64,000 bases of DNA. Source: Bacteroidales bacterium. GTDB lineage: Bacteria > Bacteroidota > Bacteroidia > Bacteroidales > ML635J-15. The stretch is taken from assembly GCA_027858835.1 (NCBI GenBank), contig JAQIBY010000102.1, positions 1,918 through 65,917 of the forward strand, written 5' to 3'. Below, in pieces: positions 43,893 to 54,292 of this stretch (its first letter is position 1; each line of letters opens with the position of its first letter). The translations under genes were made by a program, and so were the position numbers. The notes under the pieces are model-generated. The model saw only the letters and a program-made list of their open reading frames with translations, ran no database searches and had not been told where the DNA came from.

Positions 43893-44675
43893 ATGAGTAT
43901 GAAATCAGGCATAAGCTGTTTAAGTGTAATTCCAATGCGCTCAGCGTCTAACGACAGAAGCGAGCTTGTTAATCAACTGTTATTTGGCGACCGATTTGAA
44001 TTACTTCAGACCCAGGGAAAATGGATGAAAATTCGTAGCATTGAAGATGATTATGAAGGTTGGATTGACCGTATTATGGCAGGAGAAATCAAATCGCAAG
44101 CCGTTTCCGATGAAAACGCGCGGGTAATTACCCAACCCATTTTGTGTGAAATTAAGGACGATAAAAATCACATCATGCGAATTCCCGGAGGTTCAAGCAT
44201 TCCAAAACCTGATGAAACTGGAAGTTTTTTAATCGGCGATAAGCAATTTTCATTTGTACATAGTGATTTTGCTGATTTCTTTGTGCCTGCAGCCAATATT
44301 ACTGATTCTGCGATGCAGTATATAAACAGCCCATACCTTTGGGGTGGGAAAACTGTGTTGGGAATGGACTGTTCTGGGTTTACCCAAATTTTATTTTGTA
44401 TGCACGGACTAAATATCCCTCGAGATGCATCGCAACAAGTTGAGCTCGGAGAGACTATTTGTTTCAGACACGATGCAGAAGCTGGCGACTTGGCTTTCTT
44501 TCAAAATTCGAAAGGAAAAATCATTCACGTTGGCATTATTATGGATAAAGAACACATTATTCATGCGAGCGGAAGTGTTCGCATTGACAAACTTGACCAC
44601 TCAGGGATTTACAATGCGGATATTAAGCAATACACACACGAACTAAGCGTGATTAAACGAATTTCGTTGGAATAA
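43893..44675 (+). CDS. C40 (NlpC/P60) peptidase with an SH3-like N-domain
   Basis: The catalytic motif is YLWGGKTVLGMDCSGFTQ, followed by GHVGII-like IHVGIIM and HAS. Confidence 0.8.
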   Translation: MSMKSGISCLSVIPMRSASNDRSELVNQLLFGDRFELLQTQGKWMKIRSIEDDYEGWIDRIMAGEIKSQAVSDENARVITQPILCEIKDDKNHIMRIPGGSSIPKPDETGSFLIGDKQFSFVHSDFADFFVPAANITDSAMQYINSPYLWGGKTVLGMDCSGFTQILFCMHGLNIPRDASQQVELGETICFRHDAEAGDLAFFQNSKGKIIHVGIIMDKEHIIHASGSVRIDKLDHSGIYNADIKQYTHELSVIKRISLE

Positions 44676-44747
44676 AAAACCCTGTTTTTTCAAAACAAAA
44701 AATCACAATATGTGTTGTATTATTGAAACCAAATGAAAGTAAAAATT

Positions 44748-45326
44748 ATGAGTATTAAATTACCCGAATTACCCTACGCTATGGATGCGTTAGATCCACA
44801 CATTTCAAAACAAACTGTTGAAATTCATTACACAAAACACCATCAGGGATATGTCAAAAAGCTGAATGCCGGAATTGAAGGTACTGAGTTTGAAGGTATG
44901 CCGCTTGATGAAATTGTGATGAAATCAGAAGGTGGAATTTTTAATAATGCAGCCCAAACCTGGAACCACACGTTTTATTGGGAAGGATTTTCTCCCAATG
45001 GCGCTGGAAAACCAACAGGAGCAATTGCTGAAGCCATTAATAAAAAATGGGGTTCTTTTGAGAAATTCCAAGAAGATTTCAATAATAAAGCTGCCACATT
45101 ATTTGGTAGTGGATGGGCTTGGTTAGTGAAAAACAATGTAGGAGATTTGGAAATTGTTCAAACCGGAAATGCAGGTTGCCCAATTACCGATGGTTTTACT
45201 CCGCTGCTCACCTGTGATGTTTGGGAGCACGCTTATTACTTAGATCAACAGAATAAACGTCCGGCTTATATTGATGCATTCTGGAATATCGTAAATTGGG
45301 ATGTTGTGAATGAGCGATTTAAATAA
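44748..45326 (+). CDS. Fe/Mn superoxide dismutase
   Basis: The motifs are [28 protein letters not shown] and [13 protein letters not shown] 44748 is preferred over 44733. Confidence 0.9.
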   Translation: MSIKLPELPYAMDALDPHISKQTVEIHYTKHHQGYVKKLNAGIEGTEFEGMPLDEIVMKSEGGIFNNAAQTWNHTFYWEGFSPNGAGKPTGAIAEAINKKWGSFEKFQEDFNNKAATLFGSGWAWLVKNNVGDLEIVQTGNAGCPITDGFTPLLTCDVWEHAYYLDQQNKRPAYIDAFWNIVNWDVVNERFK

Positions 45327-45352
45327 AGGATTTTAATTGAAATAAAGCAAAA

Positions 45353-45386
45353 ACAAGGGCTGTCTTTAATCTGAGACAGCCCTTGT
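45353..45386 (+). terminator. Strong hairpin after the SOD gene
   Basis: A 13-bp perfect stem forms between ACAAGGGCTGTCT (45353-45365) and AGACAGCCCTTGT (45374-45386). There is no clear T-run on the + side. Confidence 0.5.
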
Positions 45387-45611
45387 TGTAAAAATGTGTT
45401 AATGAGTGTTTATTCAACGAAGATGGGTTAAATATGCTTCTTCTCAATATCAAAATTCTTGACCTCACTATCAAGAACATGATTTTTATCACAACAACAA
45501 TAAACCGACATTTAGTCTTACGGGAATTAATGCTTGTATCATATTCAAAAGAATGAGGATTTAAAGCACAATTTTATTATTTTCGCATCTTAATTGTAGT
45601 AATCGATTCTT

Positions 45612-46481
45612 ATGAAGAAATTAAACATTGTAGTTTTAGCCAAACAAGTTCCGGACACCCGTAATGTTGGGAAAGATGCGATGAAAGCAGACGGTACGGT
45701 AAATCGTGGTGCGCTTGATGCAATTTTCAATCCTGAAGATTTAAATGCGCTGGAACAAGCGTTAAGAATAAAAGAAACTTATGGCGCCAATGTATGCCTG
45801 CTAACCATGGGACCTCCACGGGCTGCCGAAATTATCAGAGAAGCAATGTTTCGCGGTGCAGATGAAGGCATACTGTTAACCGATAGAGCATTTGCCGGAT
45901 CTGACACACTGGCAACCTCTTATGCCATTTCACAGGCAATCCGTAAAATTAATCCGGATATGATTATTGCTGGTCGCCAAGCGATTGACGGAGATACAGC
46001 GCAAGTCGGACCGCAAGTTGCTGAAAAGCTCAACTGGCCACAAATTACCTATACTGAAGAAATATTAAAACTTTCAGAAAAGGAAATCCAAATAAAACGA
46101 AGACTAGAAAATGGTGTTGAAGTGGTCAAATCACCCATGCCATCAGTTATTACGGTAACAGGCTCAGCTCCTGAATGCAGAACCCGGAATGCAAAACTTA
46201 CCATGAAATACAAGCATGCCAGAACCATTTCTGAATTGCAAAATGAAAATCGTGATTATGAAGCTTTGCTTATGGATAAACCACACCTTATCATTAAAGA
46301 GTGGAGCGTAAAAGAAGTAGATGCTGACACCGATTTACTCGGATTGTCAGGCAGTCCTACAAAAGTGAAAAAAATTGAAAATGTGGTATTTACAGCGAAA
46401 GAAACAAGACGACTCGGTGATTCTGAGCAAGAAATTAATGAGCTTTTTGCTGATTTAATTAAAAATCACACCATTGGTTAA
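45612..46481 (+). CDS. etfB: Electron transfer flavoprotein beta subunit
   Basis: The N-terminus is MKKLNIVVLAKQVPD, with AGRQAIDGDTAQVGP. Its size and pairing with etfA fit. Confidence 0.85.
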   Translation: MKKLNIVVLAKQVPDTRNVGKDAMKADGTVNRGALDAIFNPEDLNALEQALRIKETYGANVCLLTMGPPRAAEIIREAMFRGADEGILLTDRAFAGSDTLATSYAISQAIRKINPDMIIAGRQAIDGDTAQVGPQVAEKLNWPQITYTEEILKLSEKEIQIKRRLENGVEVVKSPMPSVITVTGSAPECRTRNAKLTMKYKHARTISELQNENRDYEALLMDKPHLIIKEWSVKEVDADTDLLGLSGSPTKVKKIENVVFTAKETRRLGDSEQEINELFADLIKNHTIG

Positions 46482-46493
46482 AAACGAAAGACT

Positions 46494-47516
46494 ATGAACA
46501 ATATATTTGTCATTACTGAACTCACCGAACAAGGCAATATTGCAGATGTTTCTCTGGAATTAATGACTAAAGGCAGACAACTGGCGAATGAACTGAAAGT
46601 TGATTTGGAAGCACTTGTTATCGGGCATGAATTAAACGGAATTGAAAATGAGCTGTATCCCTACGGAGCAGATAAAGTATGGGTTGCTGATGACGCCCGT
46701 TTAAAACATTATCTCACCCTCCCATTCACCAAAATTGCCGTAGAGCTGTTTAAAGAAGAGAAACCGCAAATTGCATTACTCGGAGCCACTACCGCTGGTC
46801 GAGATTTAGGACCGCGTGTTTCAAGCGCATTAAGCAGTGGCTTAACGGCAGATTGTACCGAACTTGTCATTGGTGAACATTATGATAAAAAATCGGACAC
46901 ACAATACGACCAGCTACTGTATCAAATTCGTCCGGCCTTCGGTGGAAACATTATCGCAACTATTATTAACCCAGATCATCGTCCACAAATGGCAACTGTC
47001 CGCGAGGGCGTTATGAAAAAATCCATTGTCGGTACCGATTACAAAGGTGAACGTATCGATTTAGATTTTAACAAATGGCTTTCTGACGAAGATTTTATTG
47101 TCAGCATCATAGAGCGCCATATAGAAGAAAGCGATATTAACATTAAAAATGCATCAATTATTGTAGCAGGAGGCTATGGTGTCGGTTCGAAAGATAATTT
47201 CAAATTACTGCATAATCTGGCTCATGTGCTCGGCGGTGAAGTCGGAGCTTCCAGGGCAGCTGTTGATGCAGGATTTGCACCACATGAGCGTCAAGTAGGG
47301 CAAACTGGAATCACTGTACGTCCAAAGCTTTACATTGCCTGCGGAATCTCAGGACAAATCCAGCATACTGCAGGAATGAAAGAGTCCGCAATGATCATCT
47401 CAATTAATAACGATCCAGATGCTCCAATTAATGCAGTTGCAGATTATGTTATTACCGGCGATCTTGGTGCAATTATTCCAAAAATGATTGAAGCATATCA
47501 TAAAAACACAAAGTAA
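46494..47516 (+). CDS. etfA: Electron transfer flavoprotein alpha subunit
   Basis: The C-terminal FAD-binding region is GASRAAVDAGF...QVGQTG..V.PKLYIACGISGQIQH. Confidence 0.85.
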   Translation: MNNIFVITELTEQGNIADVSLELMTKGRQLANELKVDLEALVIGHELNGIENELYPYGADKVWVADDARLKHYLTLPFTKIAVELFKEEKPQIALLGATTAGRDLGPRVSSALSSGLTADCTELVIGEHYDKKSDTQYDQLLYQIRPAFGGNIIATIINPDHRPQMATVREGVMKKSIVGTDYKGERIDLDFNKWLSDEDFIVSIIERHIEESDINIKNASIIVAGGYGVGSKDNFKLLHNLAHVLGGEVGASRAAVDAGFAPHERQVGQTGITVRPKLYIACGISGQIQHTAGMKESAMIISINNDPDAPINAVADYVITGDLGAIIPKMIEAYHKNTK

Positions 47517-47560
47517 GCGTATTAGAATATGCGATACAGTGCAAACTAAAATTAAAAAAA

Positions 47561-49285
47561 ATGGCAAACTTTTTTACTGATAATAAAGACCTAAAATTCC
47601 ACTTGACACATCCGCAAATGCAGAAGATTGTGGGATTAAAAGAAAATAATTACAGCGAAGCAGATCAATATGATTATGCTCCTGCAGATTTTGAAGACGC
47701 CATGGATTCCTACGAAAAAGTCCTAGAAATTGTTGGTGAAATTAGCGGCGATGTCATTGCTGAAAATGCTGAAGATGTTGACAAAGAAGGCGCATTACAT
47801 AAAGGTGATCGCGTTTTTTATGCTAAAGGAACACAGGAAAACCATGACAAACTCACACAAGCCGGCGTAGTAGGAATGTCACTTCCCCGCAAATATGCCG
47901 GACTGAATTTCTCAATGGTGCCTTACGTTATGGCTGCAGAAATTGTGTCTCGTGCAGATGCAGGATTTGCAAACATTTGGGGATTGCAGGATTGTGCTGA
48001 AACCATCAATGAATTTGCGGATGAAGAAATCAAACAAGAGTTTCTCCCACGTTTTAATGCAGGAGCAACTGCTGCAATGGACTTAACTGAACCTGATGCC
48101 GGCTCTGACCTTCAGGCAGTCATGCTAAAAGCAAGTTATAATGAGAAAGAAGACCAATGGTATCTGAATGGTGTGAAGCGCTTTATCACCAACGGTGATG
48201 CTGACATTTCCCTCGTACTTGCACGTTCTGAAGAGGGAACTCACGATGGCCGCGGACTCAGCCTTTTTGTTTATGACAAAGCCGACGATGCAGTGATTGT
48301 TCGTCGTATTGAAAATAAATTGGGAATTAAAGGATCGCCAACTTGTGAACTAGTTTTCAAAAATGCACCAGCAAAATTGGTTGGAAACCGACGTTTGGGG
48401 CTAATTAAATATGTGATGTCACTCATGAACGGTGCTCGCCTCGGTGTTGCAGCACAATCAGTAGGTTTGGCTGAAGCTGCTTTACGCGAAGGAAAAAAAT
48501 ACGCCTCTGAACGCATGCAGTTCGGTCAAGTCATTCAGGATTTTGCTCCGGTTTACGAAATGCTGGCAACAATGGATGCAAAAACAAAAGCAATACGAAG
48601 CCTGCTGTATGAAACAACCCGCTTTGTTGATGTGTACAAATCATATACTCATTTAAGCACTGAACGAAAATTAGAACCGGATGAACGAAAAGAGCATAAA
48701 GCTTATACACGCCTTGCAGATGTTTTCACACCCTTAGCAAAACTATTCGGTAGTGAATTTTGTAATGAAATTGCATATGAGTCTTTGCAAATTCATGGTG
48801 GTGCAGGGTATATGAAAGATTTTCCGATAGAGCGTTTATTTCGTGATGCGAGAATCACCAATATATACGAAGGCACAACACAACTTCAGGTAGTTGCTGC
48901 TATTCGCGGCGTAAGTACAGGTCAATTTCTGAACCAAATTGAAGCCTATGCAGCTGAGCAATACCCAGAAATCTATCGCCCCTTACTAGACGAACTCAAA
49001 ACCATGACCGAAACCTATAAAAATGCTGAGAAATGGGTTGATCAGGAAAATGATAAGATTGAAGGAAATAATGACATGATGGATTTCCATGCAAGACGCC
49101 TTGTTGAAATGGCAGGATACATCATTATGACATACTTGTTAATTCGGGATGCAAAACGTGATGAATCATATGAAAAACAAGCACGAATCTTCCTGCGTTA
49201 TGCAAGTTCCAAAGTTTCAGAACATGAAAAACACATTTATTCTATTGATGCAGATACATTGGCAGAATACAAGTGTGAAGCATAA
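47561..49285 (+). CDS. Long-form acyl-CoA dehydrogenase family protein
   Basis: The motifs are LTEPDAGSDL, GVKRFITNG and IHGGAGY...RDARITNIYEGT. The gene is in an operon with etfBA. Confidence 0.8.
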   Translation: MANFFTDNKDLKFHLTHPQMQKIVGLKENNYSEADQYDYAPADFEDAMDSYEKVLEIVGEISGDVIAENAEDVDKEGALHKGDRVFYAKGTQENHDKLTQAGVVGMSLPRKYAGLNFSMVPYVMAAEIVSRADAGFANIWGLQDCAETINEFADEEIKQEFLPRFNAGATAAMDLTEPDAGSDLQAVMLKASYNEKEDQWYLNGVKRFITNGDADISLVLARSEEGTHDGRGLSLFVYDKADDAVIVRRIENKLGIKGSPTCELVFKNAPAKLVGNRRLGLIKYVMSLMNGARLGVAAQSVGLAEAALREGKKYASERMQFGQVIQDFAPVYEMLATMDAKTKAIRSLLYETTRFVDVYKSYTHLSTERKLEPDERKEHKAYTRLADVFTPLAKLFGSEFCNEIAYESLQIHGGAGYMKDFPIERLFRDARITNIYEGTTQLQVVAAIRGVSTGQFLNQIEAYAAEQYPEIYRPLLDELKTMTETYKNAEKWVDQENDKIEGNNDMMDFHARRLVEMAGYIIMTYLLIRDAKRDESYEKQARIFLRYASSKVSEHEKHIYSIDADTLAEYKCEA

Positions 49286-49480
49286 ATAGTCTCTGCAAGA
49301 AAATAGAAATTACAATAGATTATTAATGAGCGATTGGCAATGATGTCAATCGCTTTTTTTGAAAGAATAAAAATTCTCACCAAGCAATTATACCGATTAA
49401 ACATCAAAATAACGTACATCTAAGTGTTCAGCAAAAGTTATAGTGTATTTCTGTCAATAATTCCACGATTTGTCAGGCTA

Positions 49481-49849
49481 TCAATTATTATTCTGATGAA
49501 GACAGTCTGTGTTGTTAATTGTATCAATAGGAAAAGTATGCCATCGGATTTTGACGTCACCATTCAAATCTGTTTCTAAAGTTGATTCCTGACATTCCGA
49601 AATCACAATAGGAAACCCATTATAATACAGCATTTTCAGCAATGCAAAATTTTGATCTTTCAGGACTCCTTCCCAACCAATTATACTGCCACCAGTGCTA
49701 TGAAAAAGAAAAATAGTTCCCTTGGAATTATTCGGAACAACATAACAAATAAGCTTACTGTAATCATCAGTCTGAATCTCATCATATTGCAGAAATCCAT
49801 CCGGCAAATCTTCACATAAAGCAGTATTTTCAATGGCATTAGCAGTCAT
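49481..49849 (-). CDS. Hypothetical protein (possible alpha/beta-hydrolase-like fragment)
   Basis: 122-aa ORF in an AT-rich, poorly coding 0.9-kb gap. The only family hint is GTIFLFHSTGGS. Confidence 0.3.
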   Translation of the reverse strand: MTANAIENTALCEDLPDGFLQYDEIQTDDYSKLICYVVPNNSKGTIFLFHSTGGSIIGWEGVLKDQNFALLKMLYYNGFPIVISECQESTLETDLNGDVKIRWHTFPIDTINNTDCLHQNNN

Positions 49850-50140
49850 AATGAAACTAAATAATTATTCATTTTTATTGCTTTCTATTTCAATATTTGC
49901 TGAAACACCCCGCCTACAAACACCTCATTACATGCAAGTTATTTTGAATATATATGCACGATTTCTCGAATCTCATATAAACTAAACCCATATACATTAT
50001 GAGTTGTTAGCATATAAGATTGAGCAAACCCAATACCTGACAATAAAGTCAATATTGCGGAAATGTCATTTTCATTAAATCATTCAAATAGTTATGCTTA
50101 TAAAACTGAGAAATAATAATGAAATCTGACTTTATAAAAC

Positions 50141-50172
50141 AAAAAAAGAGAGGCAATTCAGCCTCTCCTTTT
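50141..50172 (-). terminator. Rho-independent terminator of the OMP-lipoprotein operon
   Basis: GAGAGGC (50148-50154) pairs with GCCTCTC (50161-50167). The A7 run on the + side gives a T-run after the stem on the - strand. Confidence 0.65.
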
Positions 50173-50194
50173 CAATAAGTTTTGTATTTATCTA

Positions 50195-50659
50195 CTAGAA
50201 ATAGTTAATATCAACAAAGTAATTTTGTTCAGCTTGAGTAGCTTGTCCAACTGGAGCAGCTGTGAAAACAACATCTTTGTAAGAGTTATCGGGTTGAGTT
50301 TGTTGTGCTTCAAACTGATTTGCTTGGATAGTTACATTAACAGCCTGATGTGTTGCTGTTGGCAGTGTAATTGAATAAGTACCATCTGAACCTACAGTCG
50401 TTTTGTACTGTAATGTTTGGTATGTATAACCTGCTTGTGGGTTAAGTACAAGATCTTGTGAATTAATACGGAAGAAAATTTCAGTTCCTTGTGGAGCTTC
50501 TTCCATATTTACATTGGTAAGATCAGTATCAACATATACAGAACCTTGTATTGTTGCAGTTGGGTTTGTTCCTGGTTCAACTTCCTCAGTTTTATCACAT
50601 GAAGTGAATGTAAAAACACCAGCTAGGAGGATCATGGTAATAAATAATGACTTTTTCAT
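50195..50659 (-). CDS. Lipoprotein of unknown function (beta-sandwich-like)
   Basis: The lipobox is FTFTSC. The protein is 154 aa and T/Q/V-rich with a beta pattern. Confidence 0.55.
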   Translation of the reverse strand: MKKSLFITMILLAGVFTFTSCDKTEEVEPGTNPTATIQGSVYVDTDLTNVNMEEAPQGTEIFFRINSQDLVLNPQAGYTYQTLQYKTTVGSDGTYSITLPTATHQAVNVTIQANQFEAQQTQPDNSYKDVVFTAAPVGQATQAEQNYFVDINYF

Positions 50660-50697
50660 ATAAATATGGTTTTTAAAGGTTTAAACAAATTTATTAA

Positions 50698-51534
50698 TTA
50701 AAAATGAAAGATTAAGAAAATATTTCCAAAAGCACGATCAGTATCCAAATCGAAGTCTGTGTCTCTTGCAATATCAGTTATTTCAACTTCAACTTCAGTA
50801 CCTGTCCAACGTTCTTCAACGCGAGTACCATCAGTTAAAACATTAAAAGCAGGACCCCAACCAAACTCACCACCAAGTGATAATTTCGGAGCAAGGAAAT
50901 ACTCAACTCCAACAAAAGCACGAAGACCAACACCAATGTTTGTCAAATTGTTAATTTCTGTCAAGCGACCAGTACCAGTGATGTTTCCACCAAAGTTGGT
51001 TGTGTTAGGAGTGTTAAAGTCAGAAGTAATTGCGTTACCATAGAGGTATTTTGTGCTGTTTTGGCTATATTGGAATGTTACCATACCACCGTAATAACCC
51101 TGAATACGACCATGTCCACGACGCATTTCATAACCTGCACCTAAATGAACATTTGTAGTGTTGAATTTCATCTTGTCAGTAACCAATACATCAGCATCCG
51201 GTACATCAAGATCTTTCATAATGAACTCCTGATTAGAGACACTATTGAAACCGAGGCGAAGCTCACCACGAACAGCTGCATCATCAGCAAGATAATACTT
51301 ACCTACGATAGCCTGATTGTTAATGAAATTAGTAAATACGGAGTTGCCGACATTACCATTGAACATGTTACCCATGTAGTTTAAAAACGGAACAGCATCA
51401 AACCCTAAGCCGATATCACCGGATTCAGGAAGAATGTACACACCGCGTTTAGACATAAAGTCTTCTTTGTCCTGAGCATGGAGGGTTAGTCCAAAACCGA
51501 GAACAGCGATCATTACAATTGCAATTTTTTTCAT
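50698..51534 (-). CDS. Outer-membrane beta-barrel protein (porin-family-like)
   Basis: It has a signal peptide, alternating beta-strand pattern with G/N/T-rich loops, and a C-terminal ...IFLIFHF. Confidence 0.6.
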   Translation of the reverse strand: MKKIAIVMIAVLGFGLTLHAQDKEDFMSKRGVYILPESGDIGLGFDAVPFLNYMGNMFNGNVGNSVFTNFINNQAIVGKYYLADDAAVRGELRLGFNSVSNQEFIMKDLDVPDADVLVTDKMKFNTTNVHLGAGYEMRRGHGRIQGYYGGMVTFQYSQNSTKYLYGNAITSDFNTPNTTNFGGNITGTGRLTEINNLTNIGVGLRAFVGVEYFLAPKLSLGGEFGWGPAFNVLTDGTRVEERWTGTEVEVEITDIARDTDFDLDTDRAFGNIFLIFHF

Positions 51535-51605
51535 AATTTTTGGTTTTGTTGTTTGTACAAATTTAATAATAATATTTCAAATAGCAAGTTTTACAAGTAT
51601 TGTGC

Positions 51606-51632
51606 CAAAAAAAGGAGGAATAAACCCTCCTT
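51606..51632 (-). terminator. Rho-independent terminator of rpmH
   Basis: AAGGAGG (51612-51618) pairs with CCTCCTT (51626-51632). The A-run on the + side gives a T-run on the - strand. Confidence 0.6.
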
Positions 51633-51655
51633 AATACACACTATCTTATGATAAA

Positions 51656-51820
51656 TTATTTTGCACGTCTTGGGCGATATTCGCTTGAGACTGATAATTT
51701 TTTTCTTCCTTTTGCTCTGCGACGAGCTAAAACTTTACGACCTGTCTTACTAGACATACGTTCTCTAAACCCGTGTTTATTATTTCGTTTCCGTACTGAT
51801 GGTTGAAATGTTCGTTTCAT
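51656..51820 (-). CDS. rpmH: 50S ribosomal protein L34 (below the ORF-track cutoff)
   Basis: The reverse-strand translation is [54 protein letters not shown], which carries the classic L34 signature. Confidence 0.9.
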   Translation of the reverse strand: MKRTFQPSVRKRNNKHGFRERMSSKTGRKVLARRRAKGRKKLSVSSEYRPRRAK

Positions 51821-51941
51821 TATTATTTCTTTTAAAAGTTTTACTTCATGTTTAAGAAGTGCAAAAGTAACACATTTTAATCAAGTAACAAATAAAATTA
51901 CTTTTTTTTTCTTTGCCTCATCAGTCATTAGAATATGTCGG

Positions 51942-52556
51942 CTAAAGTGGTAAAAAGACAAGTTTTTTCGTTTCAAAAAAGGTCTCCTGAAAGAACGTTG
52001 ACAATTCCCACACTTTATGTTTGCGAAAGGGTTTCAACTCTTCCTGCAGATCGCCTCCTTTCAAATAATAGAAGCCTTGATGCTGAAATTTCGAATGCTT
52101 TTTCAACAAATGTCTTGTCATGCCGACAAATTCCGGCAATCTTGTAACCGCTCTTGCAGTCATATAATGATATGAGCCTTTATGATCCTCTGAACGTGCA
52201 TGAATAACCTCCACATTTTCCAACCCGATTGCTTGTTTTACTTCGCTTATCACTTTCGTTTTTTTACGAATAGAATCAAGCATAAAAAACTGTACATCGG
52301 GAAACATAATTGCAAGCGGTATTCCGGGAAAACCACCACCGCTACCAATATCAATCAGTTTCGCTCCTTTGGAAAAACGCACACATTTTGCAATAGACAA
52401 GGCATGTAAAACATGATGCAAATAAAACGCATCCATATCCTTACGGGATATCACATTAATTCTGGCATTCCAATATTCATACAAAGGCTTCATTTGCTCA
52501 AAAGCCTCTAGTTGAGAATCACTTAAATGCGGAAAATAATTTTTTATTTGATCCAT
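51942..52556 (-). CDS. rsmG: 16S rRNA (guanine527-N7)-methyltransferase
   Basis: The motif DIGSGGGFPGIPLAIMFP and the 204-aa GidB-like layout fit. Confidence 0.85.
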   Translation of the reverse strand: MDQIKNYFPHLSDSQLEAFEQMKPLYEYWNARINVISRKDMDAFYLHHVLHALSIAKCVRFSKGAKLIDIGSGGGFPGIPLAIMFPDVQFFMLDSIRKKTKVISEVKQAIGLENVEVIHARSEDHKGSYHYMTARAVTRLPEFVGMTRHLLKKHSKFQHQGFYYLKGGDLQEELKPFRKHKVWELSTFFQETFFETKKLVFLPL

Positions 52557-52559
52557 AAA

Positions 52560-53162
52560 TTACATGTTCTTCACATCAGGTTTCAGCATCGCCTGCAATA
52601 ACTCTCGGGAGCGATATAACTGGGCCTTCACAGTGCCTAACGGGATATCGAGCTCCTCTGCAATCTCCGCATAACTCATTTCGCGATAATAACGCAATTT
52701 TATCAAGGTACTGTACCGAGGCTTGAGTTGACGAATAATATCTTTCAGCATTTCTGCTTTTTGGTCTTTTATCAAGCGTTCTTCAGGATCCAAGAGTGTC
52801 GTAGCCACATCAACTGATTGGCGATTTTCGTCATCGTGAATATAAGCGTCAATCGGATAGGTTTTCTTCTTTTGTTTTCTAAGAAAATCGATGCAATTAT
52901 TATTCGCTATTTTGAACAACCAGGTGCTAAATGCAAAATTAGGAGTGTATTGATGAATGTTGTTGAAGGCTTTACCAAACGCCTCAATGGTTAAATCCTC
53001 TGCATCAATTTCATTATTAACTTTCTTTAACAGCATGAAAAAAATGGTATCGCGATAACGTTGAAGTAACTCGGCAAAGGCAGATTCTTCCCTATTCTTA
53101 GCTCTTTCAACCAGTACCAAATCATATTTTGCCTTATCGGATAAATTGGAGCTTATTTCCAT
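52560..53162 (-). CDS. Sigma-70 family RNA polymerase sigma factor (ECF-like, group 4)
   Basis: The region 2 segment is DAEDLTIEAFGKAF...FSTWLFKIANNNCIDFLRK. The region 4 HTH is MSYAEIAEELDIPLGTVKAQLYR. Confidence 0.8.
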   Translation of the reverse strand: MEISSNLSDKAKYDLVLVERAKNREESAFAELLQRYRDTIFFMLLKKVNNEIDAEDLTIEAFGKAFNNIHQYTPNFAFSTWLFKIANNNCIDFLRKQKKKTYPIDAYIHDDENRQSVDVATTLLDPEERLIKDQKAEMLKDIIRQLKPRYSTLIKLRYYREMSYAEIAEELDIPLGTVKAQLYRSRELLQAMLKPDVKNM

Positions 53163-54292
53163 GCCTTTGTTTTCGATTTCTTGTTTCCTGAAAGTGCAAA
53201 GATAATATAAATTAAGGGCAATATCACATCAAAAATCCCAGATTTTCCAATCAAGCCCACCTCGCTAATCATCAGCGTTTTATGGCGGACAATTAAGATT
53301 TCAGATAGCTTTACAAGCAGCCAGACACCCAATAAAGCATATGCATAAATACTACCCCAAAATAAAAATGCGGCTAAACCAATCAATATTGGGGATAATA
53401 CTTGATTAAACGGCTCTAACAAAAGAAGAAATCGCAGATGTGCAGCATAATATCGACTGGTTGACATGTGTCTGCTTTTTTGATCTTTCCATTCAGTAAA
53501 ACGGCTTGCCGGCACCGATTCCGTTTTCCCCTCAGCAGAAAAGCAAACCGCTGTGCGTTTCGACTTCGCATATGCGTTTACAAACAAATCATCATCGCCG
53601 GATGCCAGATGAAAAAAACCTGCAAAGCCACGATTTTCGACCCATAAAGATTTTCGATATGCAAGATTACGACCAACACCCATATAAACTTGTCCTAGTC
53701 GGGCATATCCGCCGTATCGCAATGCAATTTTCAGTGTGTCAAAACGGATCAAATTATTTAAACCGGATTTTTCATGGCGATAAGCCCCATATCCCAGAAT
53801 AAAATCATGCTCATCATGCATAAAAGCTGCCATGGTTTTTATCCAACTTTTGCTCGCCGGATAACAATCTGCATCGGTAAAAAGCAACCATTCATTCGAT
53901 GCCGCTTTTATCCCAATACTTAAAGCCAGTTTCTTCCCACGCCTTTGCACCGCTTTATCAGGTACCCAACTGACAGTTAAATTGGAATATTTTTTTTGCA
54001 TTTCCGACAAAACTTCCCGGCTGTTATCAAGGGAGCAATCATCGACGACTATGACTTCAAAATCAGGATAATCTTGTGATAAAATTTCAGGCAAAAACCG
54101 ACTTAAGTTTTCGGCTTCATTTCTTCCCGCAATAATTACGGAAACCGGGGGAAAATTGGCATTTAATTGCTTAGCTTTTCTAGACTTTCCTGAACGCAAA
54201 AACACAAAAAATGCAAAAAATATCCGTAGCAACAAACTCAATGCTGCTGCACCAAAGAGGATAAGAAACAAAACACTATTCATTGTCAGCAT
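53153..54292 (-). CDS. Family 2 glycosyltransferase (membrane-associated)
   Basis: The motifs are VSVIIAGRNEAENL...DFEVIVVDDCSLDNS and FTDADC. N- and C-terminal TMs are present. Confidence 0.75.
   Translation of the reverse strand: MLTMNSVLFLILFGAAALSLLLRIFFAFFVFLRSGKSRKAKQLNANFPPVSVIIAGRNEAENLSRFLPEILSQDYPDFEVIVVDDCSLDNSREVLSEMQKKYSNLTVSWVPDKAVQRRGKKLALSIGIKAASNEWLLFTDADCYPASKSWIKTMAAFMHDEHDFILGYGAYRHEKSGLNNLIRFDTLKIALRYGGYARLGQVYMGVGRNLAYRKSLWVENRGFAGFFHLASGDDDLFVNAYAKSKRTAVCFSAEGKTESVPASRFTEWKDQKSRHMSTSRYYAAHLRFLLLLEPFNQVLSPILIGLAAFLFWGSIYAYALLGVWLLVKLSEILIVRHKTLMISEVGLIGKSGIFDVILPLIYIIFALSGNKKSKTKAWK

Noticed and set aside
21807-45386. Two hairpins sharing CTGTCT...AGACAG arms (21807-21830 and 45353-45386), considered as a REP-like repeat family or transposon ends
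   Set aside because: There are only two copies, and the shared part is short. Each sits exactly where a gene terminator is expected. No flanking target duplications or transposase are present.
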